Shown: positions 28,213 through 37,665, counted from the stretch's first letter. The stretch: 64,000 nt of DNA from a bacterium (GCA_037446635.1 JBBIIG010000005.1:32001-96000), one strand, 5' to 3'. Numbers and translations are program-made. Notes: generated by a model not told the origin, from the letters alone.

Positions 28213-28280
28213 TCGTTCCAAAAGCAGGATCATAATGAAAAGAACTCTCGTTCGAATTACTCCGTCGGTTGGGTGAAGAC

Positions 28281-29729
28281 ATGCTCGGACAAGCAACCAT
28301 TCTATTATTGATAAGCCAAGTGGTGTTCCTGATCTCCGGCTACGTCATCAACGTTGGCCTCGCGCGGATGCTCGGACCCGAGGGCTTCGGCACGTTCGGC
28401 GTGGTGATGTCGTTTCTGTTTGTGGCGCACCTGTTCGTCATCACCGGCATCCCGATTGCGTTGCAAAAATTCGTCGCCGAAAACATGGATGCCGCACGCC
28501 TGCTCGTGCGCAAAACTCTACCGGTGCATTTGCTCAACTCGCTGGGATTCTTCATTTTGTTCTGGTGCATCGCGCCGCTGATTGCCTCGTGGTTCGACGA
28601 TCCGAGTTTGCAATTCTATCTGAGAATCGCGGCGTTCGACATCATCTTCTACGGGCTGTACAAATATTATCAGAGCCTGCAAAACGGACTGCACCAATTT
28701 GGCCGGCAGACACTCGGCGCCATCGCGTACGCGATCGCCAAACCGCTGTCGATTTTCGCGCTAGTGCTTTCGGGATTCTCCGTCACCGGCGCGGTGCTCG
28801 GCAACACGCTCGGCGCGCTGGGCGGATGGCTCGGCGGACTGCTGCTGGTGAAGATGCCCGAGATCAAAGCGAAGTTGGAAGAAATTCAATTCTTCCGTTT
28901 CGCGTTCATCAACGTGTTTTATTACGTCGGGCTGCAGCTGCTGTTCTCGGTGGACATCTGGTTTGTGAAATATCATTTGAGCGATGTCGAAGTGGGGCAG
29001 TACGTGTCGGCGTCCAGCATGGCGAAGATCCCGTACTTTTTGTCGCTGGCGATTTCCTCGGCGCTGATGCCGGTGATTTCGCGCGCCACCAAAACCGGCG
29101 ATGAGAAACGGGTGCGCGACGTCACCGCCATCACGCTGCGCTACTGGCTGATGCTGCTGTTCGCGATGATCGTGGTGATTGGCGCTACCGCCGTGCCGCT
29201 GATGACGCTCTTTTTTGGCGAGCAGTACACCGCCGCGGGCCCGATACTCGCGGTGCTGTTTGCGGGCATCGCGCTCATCACTTTTTTTGCGGTGATGAAC
29301 ACGATTTTGATCATGCGCGAGCAATTGAAATCGTGCTTGATCGGCACCGGCTCATTGATTATTTTGCACGTCGCTGCCAACGCGATTTTGGTGCCGAGGT
29401 ACGCGGGATTGGGCGCTGCGCTAGCCACGCTAATCGTCGGCGTCGTGGGCATTGTGGTGGTGGGAACGCTGCTGCTGCGCAATGTGCGAGTGGTGATGCC
29501 GCCGCTCTCCGCCGCACGCACGGTTCTCTCCGGTGCAGCGGTACTGGCGCTGGCGTACTACTTCCCGATTTTGGATCACTACTTAATCGCCAAATGCGCG
29601 TTTTTGCTGATGCTGTTTGTCGGGGTGTTGTTTGGGATTCGTGAGTTGAGCTTTTCGGATATTGTACGCTTTCGATCAATTCTTATTCCGATCAATCCCT
29701 CTCCTTCTTCGCTTTCGAAGGGTTTATGA
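28281..29729 (+). CDS. Oligosaccharide flippase (Wzx/MOP family)
   Basis: LARMLGPEGFG, VGQY, LVPRYAGLGAALAT, many TM segments; start codon uncertain. Confidence 0.9.
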   Translation: MLGQATILLLISQVVFLISGYVINVGLARMLGPEGFGTFGVVMSFLFVAHLFVITGIPIALQKFVAENMDAARLLVRKTLPVHLLNSLGFFILFWCIAPLIASWFDDPSLQFYLRIAAFDIIFYGLYKYYQSLQNGLHQFGRQTLGAIAYAIAKPLSIFALVLSGFSVTGAVLGNTLGALGGWLGGLLLVKMPEIKAKLEEIQFFRFAFINVFYYVGLQLLFSVDIWFVKYHLSDVEVGQYVSASSMAKIPYFLSLAISSALMPVISRATKTGDEKRVRDVTAITLRYWLMLLFAMIVVIGATAVPLMTLFFGEQYTAAGPILAVLFAGIALITFFAVMNTILIMREQLKSCLIGTGSLIILHVAANAILVPRYAGLGAALATLIVGVVGIVVVGTLLLRNVRVVMPPLSAARTVLSGAAVLALAYYFPILDHYLIAKCAFLLMLFVGVLFGIRELSFSDIVRFRSILIPINPSPSSLSKGL

Positions 29730-29773
29730 TAAGAGCGAAAATGCAATAAGCTTTTTGTGATTTGGAGTAGTTA

Positions 29774-30328
29774 ATGGACTGGAGTGACTTGATTAAACAA
29801 AACTTTGTTACTGTTATAGCAGTTCTCGGTACCCTGTTAGCTGGATTGGGAAGTGGCTTCTTAGCCTCACTTATTTCAAAAAAGTTTGAGTTAAGAAAAG
29901 CTCGGTTCGAATGGCAAAAAGAATATCAAACTCAAAACCTTGTTCAACCCATTATATCATATATTGACGAGACATTTGCATTAATGGAAAATATTTATTG
30001 GACTGTAATGGAAATCAAATGGCAGGTTAGTGAACACAAAGCGGAAGACATCGCAGATGAGATATTGGTCAAAGAGCTTGATAAAAACAGAAACAGATTG
30101 ATTTCATTTAGAGAAAAGAAGAGACTAATCAAAGTACGTGTCAGGTGTTTCTATGATGATGAACTTAACCATGCCTTTGATGAGTTTATGAAAAAGTATG
30201 GTGAGTTTGCAAATCTTAACTTTTTGAATAATACATCTATCATGTTCAATAAAATACAGGAGGCAGTACCATTTGCAACGACAATATTCTCTAGATTGAA
30301 TTATGGACTAGAGAAACTACTTAATTGA
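29774..30328 (+). CDS. Hypothetical protein with N-terminal TM helix (AT-rich)
   Basis: 184-aa ORF, RBS GGAG, low GC. Confidence 0.7.
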   Translation: MDWSDLIKQNFVTVIAVLGTLLAGLGSGFLASLISKKFELRKARFEWQKEYQTQNLVQPIISYIDETFALMENIYWTVMEIKWQVSEHKAEDIADEILVKELDKNRNRLISFREKKRLIKVRVRCFYDDELNHAFDEFMKKYGEFANLNFLNNTSIMFNKIQEAVPFATTIFSRLNYGLEKLLN

Positions 30329-30346
30329 ATTGTGGCGTCCGAAACA

Positions 30347-30637
30347 CTAAATACGCGATCGCCAGTTTTTAGGATCTCGATGAAGATGCATAACAGCAGT
30401 GATGAGAATGGAGTCAGGTCGGATTTGATAAATCACCCCGTATGGAAAACGCTTGAAGATGCAGCGCCGGGCGCGTTTGGAAAGTGGCGGCCACGCTTTA
30501 GGAAATTGGACGATGCGTTCCAGAGTACGTTTGACCTCTACTTCAAACTCATCGCCGAGGCCTTCGCGTTGGTCGTTATAATAATCAATCGCTTCCTGCA
30601 ATTCGATTTCAGCGACGGTGAGAAACTCGATCTTCAC
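30347..30637 (-). CDS. Type II toxin, RelE/ParE family
   Basis: AEIELQEAIDYY, RFPYGVIY, AVMHLHRDP..W. Confidence 0.92.
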   Translation of the reverse strand: MKIEFLTVAEIELQEAIDYYNDQREGLGDEFEVEVKRTLERIVQFPKAWPPLSKRARRCIFKRFPYGVIYQIRPDSILITAVMHLHRDPKNWRSRI

Positions 30638-30642
30638 CGAGA

Positions 30643-30867
30643 CTACTTCCTTCGATTCTTATCGAATACTCGGTGGGCAGGAATCGCTGCTATTTCTCCG
30701 CGCTCGTATGCATCGATGCGATCTTCGACTTCCTCCGCCCACATCTCATCGATTGATTTCGATTGTGGGAATTCGAAGCTCGACAGCAGGCGGTCAATTA
30801 ATTCCGCGCGTTCGTCGGGCGGCAAGGTTAAAGCTTGGGAGAAAATTTGTTCAGCTTGTTCAGACAT
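30643..30867 (-). CDS. Addiction module antitoxin (TIGR02574-type)
   Basis: LPPDERAELIDRLLSS, WAEEVEDRIDAYERG; upstream of the RelE toxin. Confidence 0.9.
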   Translation of the reverse strand: MSEQAEQIFSQALTLPPDERAELIDRLLSSFEFPQSKSIDEMWAEEVEDRIDAYERGEIAAIPAHRVFDKNRRK

Positions 30868-30899
30868 GACGACTGACCTTTCGTTAAAAATGCGTTGAA

Positions 30900-30928
30900 A
30901 TAATACAATTGTACGTTTGAAAAATCAA
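30900..30928 (-). promoter_or_regulatory. Sigma70-like promoter of the TA operon
   Basis: Minus strand TTGATT-17 nt-TATTAT. Confidence 0.6.
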
Positions 30929-30946
30929 GACATTTATTCTGACAAA

Positions 30947-31024
30947 TTAACCGCAAAGTTCGCTAAGATGCCGCAAAGAAAACCATGGCGATCTTTGCGC
31001 AACTGTTGCGTTCTTTGCGGTTAA
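30947..31024. repeat. AACCGC...GCGGTT inverted-repeat element
   Basis: TTAACCGCAAAG...CTTTGCGGTTAA. Confidence 0.85.
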
Positions 31025-31055
31025 AGAGATAATCTAAAATGAGATTTTGAAAACT

Positions 31056-31127
31056 ATGAAACTTGCAATCATGGGCATCCGGGGCATCCCGGCAAACTAC
31101 GGTGGATTTGAAACTTTCGCGAATTGA
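31056..31127 (+). pseudogene. Stub 1: first 22 codons of the GT4 gene at 34552
   Basis: MKLAIMGIRGIPANYGGFETFA then N-stop; 64/66 nt identical. Confidence 0.95.
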
Positions 31128-31181
31128 GCTTTATTGAATAATTTCTTATTTTCATCAACTAAAAGTGGATCAGGATTTCTC

Positions 31182-31856
31182 ATGAAGCCGCAACTTTCGA
31201 TTCAGCATCTGATTGACGAAGCAAAAATCTTTTGCGAAATGGAATCGAAATACGAAAACAAAGAGTTGTTCGGGATTACGGATGGGAAGGCCGTCGGGAC
31301 TTTCATCGAGCACAAATTTCAGAATCATCTTGCAGCGAAGTATGAATACCAAAAGGGTTCTTCCGCAAACGGAATCGATTTCCCATCGCGATCATTAAAC
31401 ACGGATGTGAAAGTTACATCGGTGAAGCAGCCGCAGTCGTCCTGTCCTTTCAGAAATGCGCGGCAAAAAATTTATGGGTTAGGGTACAATCTTTTGATAT
31501 TCGTTTACGAAAAGAATGATGATCCTCGTAGAGCCACCGCAACGCTTGATTTCCTAAACTGCTCTTTCATTCATCAACATCGCACGGGCGATTTCCAAAT
31601 CACCAAAGCTTTGCGACAAATGTTGGATAACGAGGCCAACGCTGATGACATCATCGCCTATTTGAGTGATAGAAACTTACCTACCGACGAAATAGCTCTC
31701 AACGCGCTCGCCGAAGAAATCTTGACAAATCCACCTGAACAGGGATATTTGACCATATCCAACGCATTGCAGTGGAGATTGCAATACGGACGAATCGTGA
31801 AACTTGCTGAGTCAGTGGATGGAATTGTGAAAATCATAAACAAGCCAATCTCGTGA
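31182..31856 (+). CDS. Putative type II restriction endonuclease
   Basis: TDGKAVGTFIEH, GIDFP..TDVK (PD-D/ExK-like), QPQSSCPF; coupled to the MTase by a TGATG overlap. Confidence 0.8.
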   Translation: MKPQLSIQHLIDEAKIFCEMESKYENKELFGITDGKAVGTFIEHKFQNHLAAKYEYQKGSSANGIDFPSRSLNTDVKVTSVKQPQSSCPFRNARQKIYGLGYNLLIFVYEKNDDPRRATATLDFLNCSFIHQHRTGDFQITKALRQMLDNEANADDIIAYLSDRNLPTDEIALNALAEEILTNPPEQGYLTISNALQWRLQYGRIVKLAESVDGIVKIINKPIS

Positions 31857-33616
31857 TGAACAAATTGGAATATCAGTTTCACCAAAAACGCATCGAGTAT
31901 CTCAAACAGCGCTTTTCCGAAGTAACGGATTTTAGGGAAGCCAATGAGATCATCTCCGCGATTTCCGGGTTGATGGATTTCTTTCCAGAACAAGCTGATT
32001 ATCTGTCTTTTCTGGAATTACTCAAGAGGCAACGGCTTGTTGTCCGCGATGAAGAGCGGCGCGAGTACGGTGATTTTCAAACGCCTGACCACCTGACTGA
32101 CGAAGTTTGCACATTCATAAAAGGAGACATTCAACCGAGGGTTTTGATCGAACCCACTTTCGGAAAAGGTTCATTTATCCTGTCCGCGTTAAAAAATCTG
32201 CCATCTTTGAAAAAAATATTTGGAGTCGAGATTCACGAGCAGTACGTGTGGCATTCCAAGTTTAGAATCCTTGAATATTTTATTGATCATCCCGACTCCA
32301 ACCGGCCTGAAATTTTTCTGTTTAATGCCGATGTGTTCGATTTTGACTGGAAGGAAATTCGTAATTCTTGCGAAGAACCCTTGTTGATTTTTGGAAATCC
32401 GCCGTGGGTGACAAATGCAGAATTGAGCTCGCTGGGGTCAAGCAATATTCCTCGGAAATCAAACTTCAAACGACATAAAGGCCTCGATGCCATCACGGGA
32501 AAAGGCAACTTTGATATCGGCGAATTTGTAGTGCTCACCATGCTCAATGAATTTAGCAGCATGTCCGGAAGTATCGTTATGCTTTTGAAAAATTCAGTTA
32601 TAAAAAACCTGGTCTATGATTTGAGAAAAACAAACTATAAGATTTCTAATTTGAGATCATTTAGTTTTGATGCAAAAGAACATTTCGGTGCCTCCGTTGA
32701 AGCTTCGCTTTTCACCTGCGATTTCAATCAGACCCGATCCAACTTGGCATGTTCCGTTTATAGTTTGTCTAAACCAGCAGTCGTACAAAACTCGTTTGGG
32801 TGGGTGAAAGACAAGTTTGTCTCGAATATTGAGTTTTATCAAGCCAGCTCAAAGTATGATGGAGTATGTCCTTTTGAATGGCGTCAGGGCGTCAAACATG
32901 ACAATAGCAAGATTTTCGAGTTGGAAAAAGTTGGCGGTAAAACGTACAACGGGTTTGACGAGGAAGTCTGTGTTGAAGAAGAAAGAATCTTCGGGATTGT
33001 CAAAAGTTCGGACATAAAAGGTCAAATCATAAGCAGGCCAAGAAAGTACGTTATCATAACTCAAACTTATCTTGGGGAAGACACGTCAAGGTTGTCTGAA
33101 AAATTTCCGATGCTTTTCAACTACTTGAATTCTAAGCGAGAATTTCTGGAAAATAGAAAATCGTCGATTTACGCTGGCAAACCGGAATTTTCGATTTTTG
33201 GAATCGGAGAATATTCTTTCAAGCCGTTTAAGGTAGCCATTTCTGGATTATATAAAACCCCATCCTTTACTTTGATATTGCCCGAAAACAATAAACCTTT
33301 GATGCTCGATGATACTTGTTATTTTTTGAGCTTTGACCAGCTTTCCGATGCGGTGTTCACGTGGTTGCTGCTGAAGGATAGACGAACCCTCGATCTTTTG
33401 AAGTGCATCATTTTCGAGGATGCCAAACGTCCCTACACGAAAGAGATTTTGATGCGGATCGCTCTTGATGAAATCGCCTCCGATGCTGGCTATGATATGA
33501 TTGCAACTCAGCTTGAGGAATTGCAAAAGCAATTTGAGATTGGATTGGACTATGAGGTTTGGGAGAAGTTTCTGGATAAAATGAAGCGCCATCAGGAGCA
33601 GCTTGCTTTGTTTTAA
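31856..33616 (+). CDS. SAM-dependent amino (N6/N4) DNA methyltransferase
   Basis: GDFQTP, EPTFGKGSF (motif I), GNPPW (motif IV). Confidence 0.9.
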   Translation: MNKLEYQFHQKRIEYLKQRFSEVTDFREANEIISAISGLMDFFPEQADYLSFLELLKRQRLVVRDEERREYGDFQTPDHLTDEVCTFIKGDIQPRVLIEPTFGKGSFILSALKNLPSLKKIFGVEIHEQYVWHSKFRILEYFIDHPDSNRPEIFLFNADVFDFDWKEIRNSCEEPLLIFGNPPWVTNAELSSLGSSNIPRKSNFKRHKGLDAITGKGNFDIGEFVVLTMLNEFSSMSGSIVMLLKNSVIKNLVYDLRKTNYKISNLRSFSFDAKEHFGASVEASLFTCDFNQTRSNLACSVYSLSKPAVVQNSFGWVKDKFVSNIEFYQASSKYDGVCPFEWRQGVKHDNSKIFELEKVGGKTYNGFDEEVCVEEERIFGIVKSSDIKGQIISRPRKYVIITQTYLGEDTSRLSEKFPMLFNYLNSKREFLENRKSSIYAGKPEFSIFGIGEYSFKPFKVAISGLYKTPSFTLILPENNKPLMLDDTCYFLSFDQLSDAVFTWLLLKDRRTLDLLKCIIFEDAKRPYTKEILMRIALDEIASDAGYDMIATQLEELQKQFEIGLDYEVWEKFLDKMKRHQEQLALF

Positions 33617-33660
33617 AAAATTGCAAGTCTAAATTTGGGAAAAGAAAATTCTCAGTGACT

Positions 33661-33764
33661 TGTCATTCCGAACGCCGACGCCCTTTGTCGGCGGAGGAAT
33701 CTGGCGGCGCACAGATCGTGCTCAACCAGATTTCTCGCTTCGCTACGCTCAGCTCGAAATGACA
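33661..33764. repeat. GTCAT...ATGAC palindromic element
   Basis: TGTCATTCCGAACGCCGACG..GAGGAATCTGG / CCAGATTTCTCG..CGAAATGACA. Confidence 0.85.
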
Positions 33765-33820
33765 CTTCAAAGAGATTGGCTATTAATGAAGAATATTTTT
33801 TGAGGACTTGTTCGGAAAAG

Positions 33821-33934
33821 ATGAAACTTGCAATCATGGGCATTCGGGGTATCCCGGCCAACTACGGTGGATTTGAAACCTTCGCGGAGCAGCTCGTGTC
33901 ACGGCTGGTTTCGGCAAAGTCACAAAAAAAGTAA
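33821..33934 (+). pseudogene. Stub 2: first 30 codons of the GT4 gene at 34552
   Basis: MKLAIMGIRGIPANYGGFETFAEQLVSRLV then unrelated SAKSQKK-stop. Confidence 0.95.
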
Positions 33935-33954
33935 ACTGAAAATGAGGTGATAAA

Positions 33955-34185
33955 ATGCACGAACGTATTTCAATCGACCCAAAAGTCTGCCACGGCGAAG
34001 CCTGCATAAAAGGTACGCGCATTCCCGTGCACCAAATCGTTCGTATGTTGGCCAATGGCGACACAATCGAGGGGCTGCTGAAAGCCTATCCCTCAATTGA
34101 GCGCGAAGATATTCTCGCGTGTTTGGAGTATGCAGCAACTCTTGCAGAAGAACAAGTCGCGCCTATTGAATCGTTGGCAGAGTGA
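33955..34185 (+). CDS. DUF433 family putative antitoxin
   Basis: RISIDPKVCHGEACIKGTRIPV, YPSIEREDILACLEYA. Confidence 0.92.
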   Translation: MHERISIDPKVCHGEACIKGTRIPVHQIVRMLANGDTIEGLLKAYPSIEREDILACLEYAATLAEEQVAPIESLAE

Positions 34186-34535
34186 ACATGAAAATTTTTG
34201 TTGACGAAAACATACCGTCAATAACCGTCGCCGCCCTTCGCCACATGAAACACGATGTGACGGATATTCGCGGAACGCCGGACGAAGGCATGTCCGATGA
34301 GGACTTGTGGAAAAAGGTTCAGAAAGAAGGACGGCTACTCATTACGACAGACAAAGGCTTTTCGCATCATCGCAAAGAATCCCATCATGGAATTTTGATT
34401 GTTCGTTTGAGGAAACCGAACGAGATCAAAATTCATCAACGGGTGATGCGAGCGATGAACCAATTTAAAGAAAAAGAATGGTGCGGGTTGTTAGTTGTGA
34501 TGCGCGATTCGCTGCAAAGTACTTGGAAGAAGTGA
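34182..34535 (+). CDS. DUF5615 family PIN-like putative toxin
   Basis: IFVDENIP, SDEDL, LITTDKGF, HGILIVRL. Confidence 0.9.
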   Translation: MNMKIFVDENIPSITVAALRHMKHDVTDIRGTPDEGMSDEDLWKKVQKEGRLLITTDKGFSHHRKESHHGILIVRLRKPNEIKIHQRVMRAMNQFKEKEWCGLLVVMRDSLQSTWKK

Positions 34536-34551
34536 GGAATTAAATCCAACT

Positions 34552-35646
34552 ATGAAACTTGCAATCATGGGCATCCGGGGCATTCCGGCAAACTACGGTG
34601 GATTCGAAACTTTCGCGGAGCAGCTTGCGCCGCGGCTGGTGGAGCGCGGGCACGAGGTGACGGTGTACGGCCGCTCCAACACCATCCAATACGACGGCGA
34701 ATTTTACAAAGGCGTGCGTCTGGTGATTTTGCCGACCATCGCGCATAAGTATTTGGACACCGTCGCGCACACCTTCCTCTGCGTGCTGCACGCGCTTAAA
34801 GAACGCTACGACGCCATCCTCATCTGCAACAGCGCCAACGCCTATTGCGCCTTCATCCCGCGACTGGTGGGCACGCCCGTGGCCATCAACGTTGATGGCC
34901 TCGAGTGGAAGCGCGCCAAGTGGAACAAGTTAGGTCGCTGGTTCTATCTCATCTCTGAGCGGCTGGCCACCTTCACCGCCAACGAGATCGTCACCGATGC
35001 CCGCGAGATCGAAAAGTACTATCTCGAAAAATTCAACAAGCGCTCGACCTTCATTCCCTACGGCACACCCATCGGCAAAGTGGAAACGAAGGACGCGCTC
35101 GACAAATTTGGCCTACAGCCGAATGGCTACGTGCTGTACGTGAGCCGGTTGGAGCCGGAGAACAACGCCCATCTCGTGGTGAAGGCGTTCGAGCAGGTGA
35201 AGACCAATTTGAAGTGCGTCATCGTCGGCGACGCGCCCTACAACGGCGAGTACATTCAGAATTTGAAAAAGACCAGAGATCCGCGCATCATTTTTACGGG
35301 TTACGTGTTTGGACAGGGCTACCGCGAGCTGCAGTCCAACGCCTATTTTTATGTGCAAGCCACAGAAGTGGGCGGCACCCATCCCGCGCTTTTGGAGGGC
35401 ATGGGACACGGCAACTGTGTGTTGGCCAACGATGTCCCCGAGCACCGCGAAGTTTTGGGCGACGCCGGCGTCTATTTCAATAGCAAAAAAAATGGCGAAC
35501 TGGCAGAGAGGATGCAGCATCTGCTGGATCGTCCCCACGAAGTGGCGAAGTACGGTGAGAAAGCCGTGGCGCGCATCCGCGAGTTTTACACGTGGGAGAA
35601 GGTGACGGAGGCGTACGAGTCGTTATTCTCTAAACTGAGTCGGTAG
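34552..35646 (+). CDS. Glycosyltransferase family 4 (DUF1972-type N-terminus)
   Basis: GIRGIPANYGGFETF, NVDGLEWKRAKW, RLEPENN, EVGGTHPALLE. Confidence 0.95.
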   Translation: MKLAIMGIRGIPANYGGFETFAEQLAPRLVERGHEVTVYGRSNTIQYDGEFYKGVRLVILPTIAHKYLDTVAHTFLCVLHALKERYDAILICNSANAYCAFIPRLVGTPVAINVDGLEWKRAKWNKLGRWFYLISERLATFTANEIVTDAREIEKYYLEKFNKRSTFIPYGTPIGKVETKDALDKFGLQPNGYVLYVSRLEPENNAHLVVKAFEQVKTNLKCVIVGDAPYNGEYIQNLKKTRDPRIIFTGYVFGQGYRELQSNAYFYVQATEVGGTHPALLEGMGHGNCVLANDVPEHREVLGDAGVYFNSKKNGELAERMQHLLDRPHEVAKYGEKAVARIREFYTWEKVTEAYESLFSKLSR

Positions 35647-35670
35647 GCGATTGCGGCGATTTTCACAACG

Positions 35671-35887
35671 TGGAGTAATGGAGCTTGGAGTGGTGGAGTA
35701 ATGGATTGATGGATCAATGGATCAATGAAATGAAAATGCAAAGGGCAGATTTCAAAATTCAAAATTTGGTTTCACGTCTCACGTCTCACAGTTCACGTTC
35801 CAAAACTCCATCACTCCATCGCCCCGTCGCTATGCGCCATGCACATTCATCCATTGATCCAGTAATCCATTAATCCATTAATCCAAC
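35671..35887. repeat. Concentric stack of octamer/heptamer inverted arms
   Basis: TGGAGTAATGG..TGGATTGATGGATCAATGG ... TCACGTCTCACGTCTCAC ... ACTCCATCACTCCA ... TCCATTGATCCAGTAATCCATTAATCCA. Confidence 0.8.
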
Positions 35888-35903
35888 CAGAAAGAGGGAG
35901 GCC

Positions 35904-37337
35904 ATGCAGAGAACCATTCTAATTTTGCTTACACTTTTCATCCCGCTAAGTTTTGGCTTGTTGACCGCGCAGCCGGCGACAAATCAGCAAAGCCTTGTGT
36001 TGATTCTCGATGCTTCCGGTTCGATGTGGGAGCAAATTCAGGGCCGGCATAAAATTACCATCGCGCGGCAGGTGTTGAAAGATTTGGTTGCGGGACTGCC
36101 GGACGATTCGGAAATTGGGCTGGTCACGTACGGCCATCGCAGCAAAAGCGATTGCGCCGATATCGAGACGCTAGCGCCGCTCGCCAAAATCAACAAAGCC
36201 GATCTCATCTCCAAAGTGGAGGCGATCAACCCCCTTGGCAAAACTCCCATCACCGATGCCATCAAGCAAGCGTTTGAGCTGGTAAAAAGCCGGGCTGATG
36301 AAACCACCATCGTGTTGCTCAGCGACGGCCTCGAAACCTGCGGCGGCGATCCGTGTCAAACCGTGACCGCGGCGAAGAAAGCTGGCGCGAATTTTATCAT
36401 GCACGTCATCGGGTTTGATGTCGGCAAAGTTGACGCCTCGCAGCTCGAGTGCACTGCGCAGGCTGGCGGCGGACTCTACCTCAGGGCCAGCAACGCCGAT
36501 GAGTTGTCCGCTGCATTGAATCAAACGGTCGAAGCGCCAGCGATTCCGAACAGCCGCATCTCGGTGAAAGCCGTTGCCGACGGCCAGCTCACCGATGTTT
36601 CCGTGCACGTTTACAAAGCCGGCACCAAAGAAGAAGTCGCCGGGGGGCGCACTTACAAATCCCCCGACACCAACCCGCGGCTGTTGCCAGTGGCGGCCGG
36701 GGCGTACGACATCGAAGCGATCGCCATTGGCTTTCGCGGCAACGTGTCGCGCACATTCAAAGGCGTGCAGGTTGGCGAAAATGCGACCGTCGAAAAGGTG
36801 GTGGATTTCAGCACCGGCGAGCTTTCGATTCTGGTGACGCGCAATGGCCAGCTTTCCGACGCCACCGTTGGCGTTTACGTTGCCGGTACGAATGAAAATG
36901 TTGCCAGCGGCCGGACCTATAGATCTGCCAACTCCAATCCCAAAGTGATAAAAATCACTCCGGGCGAATATGACGTTACGCTCGGCTCGGTTGAAATCGA
37001 GGGCAAGCCGGAGCGGAAAATCACCGGCGTTGTGGTCGAACCGGGAACGCGCGTCGAGCACAAAATTGAATTCGACAGCGGCACGTTGCGAGTTGGCGCG
37101 GTGCAGGGCAGCACATTAGTAGATGCCACGGTCACAGTTTACGACAAAGCGAAACGCCAGCAAATCGCGGCGGGCCGAACTTACACCAATGCCAACTCCA
37201 ACCCGAAGACTTTTGAAATGCCCACCGGCGAATTTGTAGTGGTGGTGAAGCCGGTAAAGCCGGCGGGCAAATCGGCGCGGGAGATCAGCGTTGTTGTTCG
37301 CAAGGGAGAAACGGTGGAGCAGAAGGTGGAGTTTTAG
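35904..37337 (+). CDS. Secreted VWA-domain protein with three tandem beta-rich repeats
   Basis: Signal peptide, LDASGSM MIDAS, SDGLETCGGDPC; three GRTY..NP repeats. Confidence 0.9.
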   Translation: MQRTILILLTLFIPLSFGLLTAQPATNQQSLVLILDASGSMWEQIQGRHKITIARQVLKDLVAGLPDDSEIGLVTYGHRSKSDCADIETLAPLAKINKADLISKVEAINPLGKTPITDAIKQAFELVKSRADETTIVLLSDGLETCGGDPCQTVTAAKKAGANFIMHVIGFDVGKVDASQLECTAQAGGGLYLRASNADELSAALNQTVEAPAIPNSRISVKAVADGQLTDVSVHVYKAGTKEEVAGGRTYKSPDTNPRLLPVAAGAYDIEAIAIGFRGNVSRTFKGVQVGENATVEKVVDFSTGELSILVTRNGQLSDATVGVYVAGTNENVASGRTYRSANSNPKVIKITPGEYDVTLGSVEIEGKPERKITGVVVEPGTRVEHKIEFDSGTLRVGAVQGSTLVDATVTVYDKAKRQQIAAGRTYTNANSNPKTFEMPTGEFVVVVKPVKPAGKSAREISVVVRKGETVEQKVEF

Positions 37338-37654
37338 TGCAGACCGCACGGCGCATAGTGCACAGCGCATAGTGCATAGCGCAGAGTGTAAAAGCGCAAT
37401 CCAGAAATTCAATGATACTTTGATTACGTTTAATCAGCTCTAGCGAATTGTCATTCCGAATCCCGACGCTTTTCCGCAAAGCGGATCGGCTCCGCCGATT
37501 GCCGGGTGAGGAATCTGGCGGCGCACGGAAACGTCATTACACACAATCCGTTTTGAGCGAATCGCTGAATTCATTCTGCGTCGGATTTCTCGACTCCGCG
37601 GCGCTAGCAAATGACAATTATTTCGATCTGCGTTAATCTGCGTCATCTGCGTCT
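37337..37654. repeat. GCGCATA heptamers, nested GTCAT element (37449-37616) and ATCTGCGT arm
   Basis: GCGCATAGTGCACAGCGCATAGTGCATAGCGCA; GTCATTCCGAATCCCGACGCTTT[TCCGCAAAGCGGATCGGCTCCGCCGA]TTGCCGGG; ATCTGCGTTAATCTGCGTCATCTGCGT. Confidence 0.8.
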
Positions 37655-37665
37655 GAAGGAGGGAA

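Noticed and set aside
30908..30918. ATTGTACG match to the flippase 3' end (29661) as another gene-end echo
   Set aside because: Only 8-11 nt and within the TA promoter spacer; compatible with chance.
30947..34551. Prophage or classical IS/composite transposon
   Set aside because: No integrase, transposase, phage structural genes or IS terminal repeats with target duplications.
2976..37654. CRISPR array
   Set aside because: Repeats are dispersed, variable and palindromic, without regular repeat-spacer periodicity; no cas genes.
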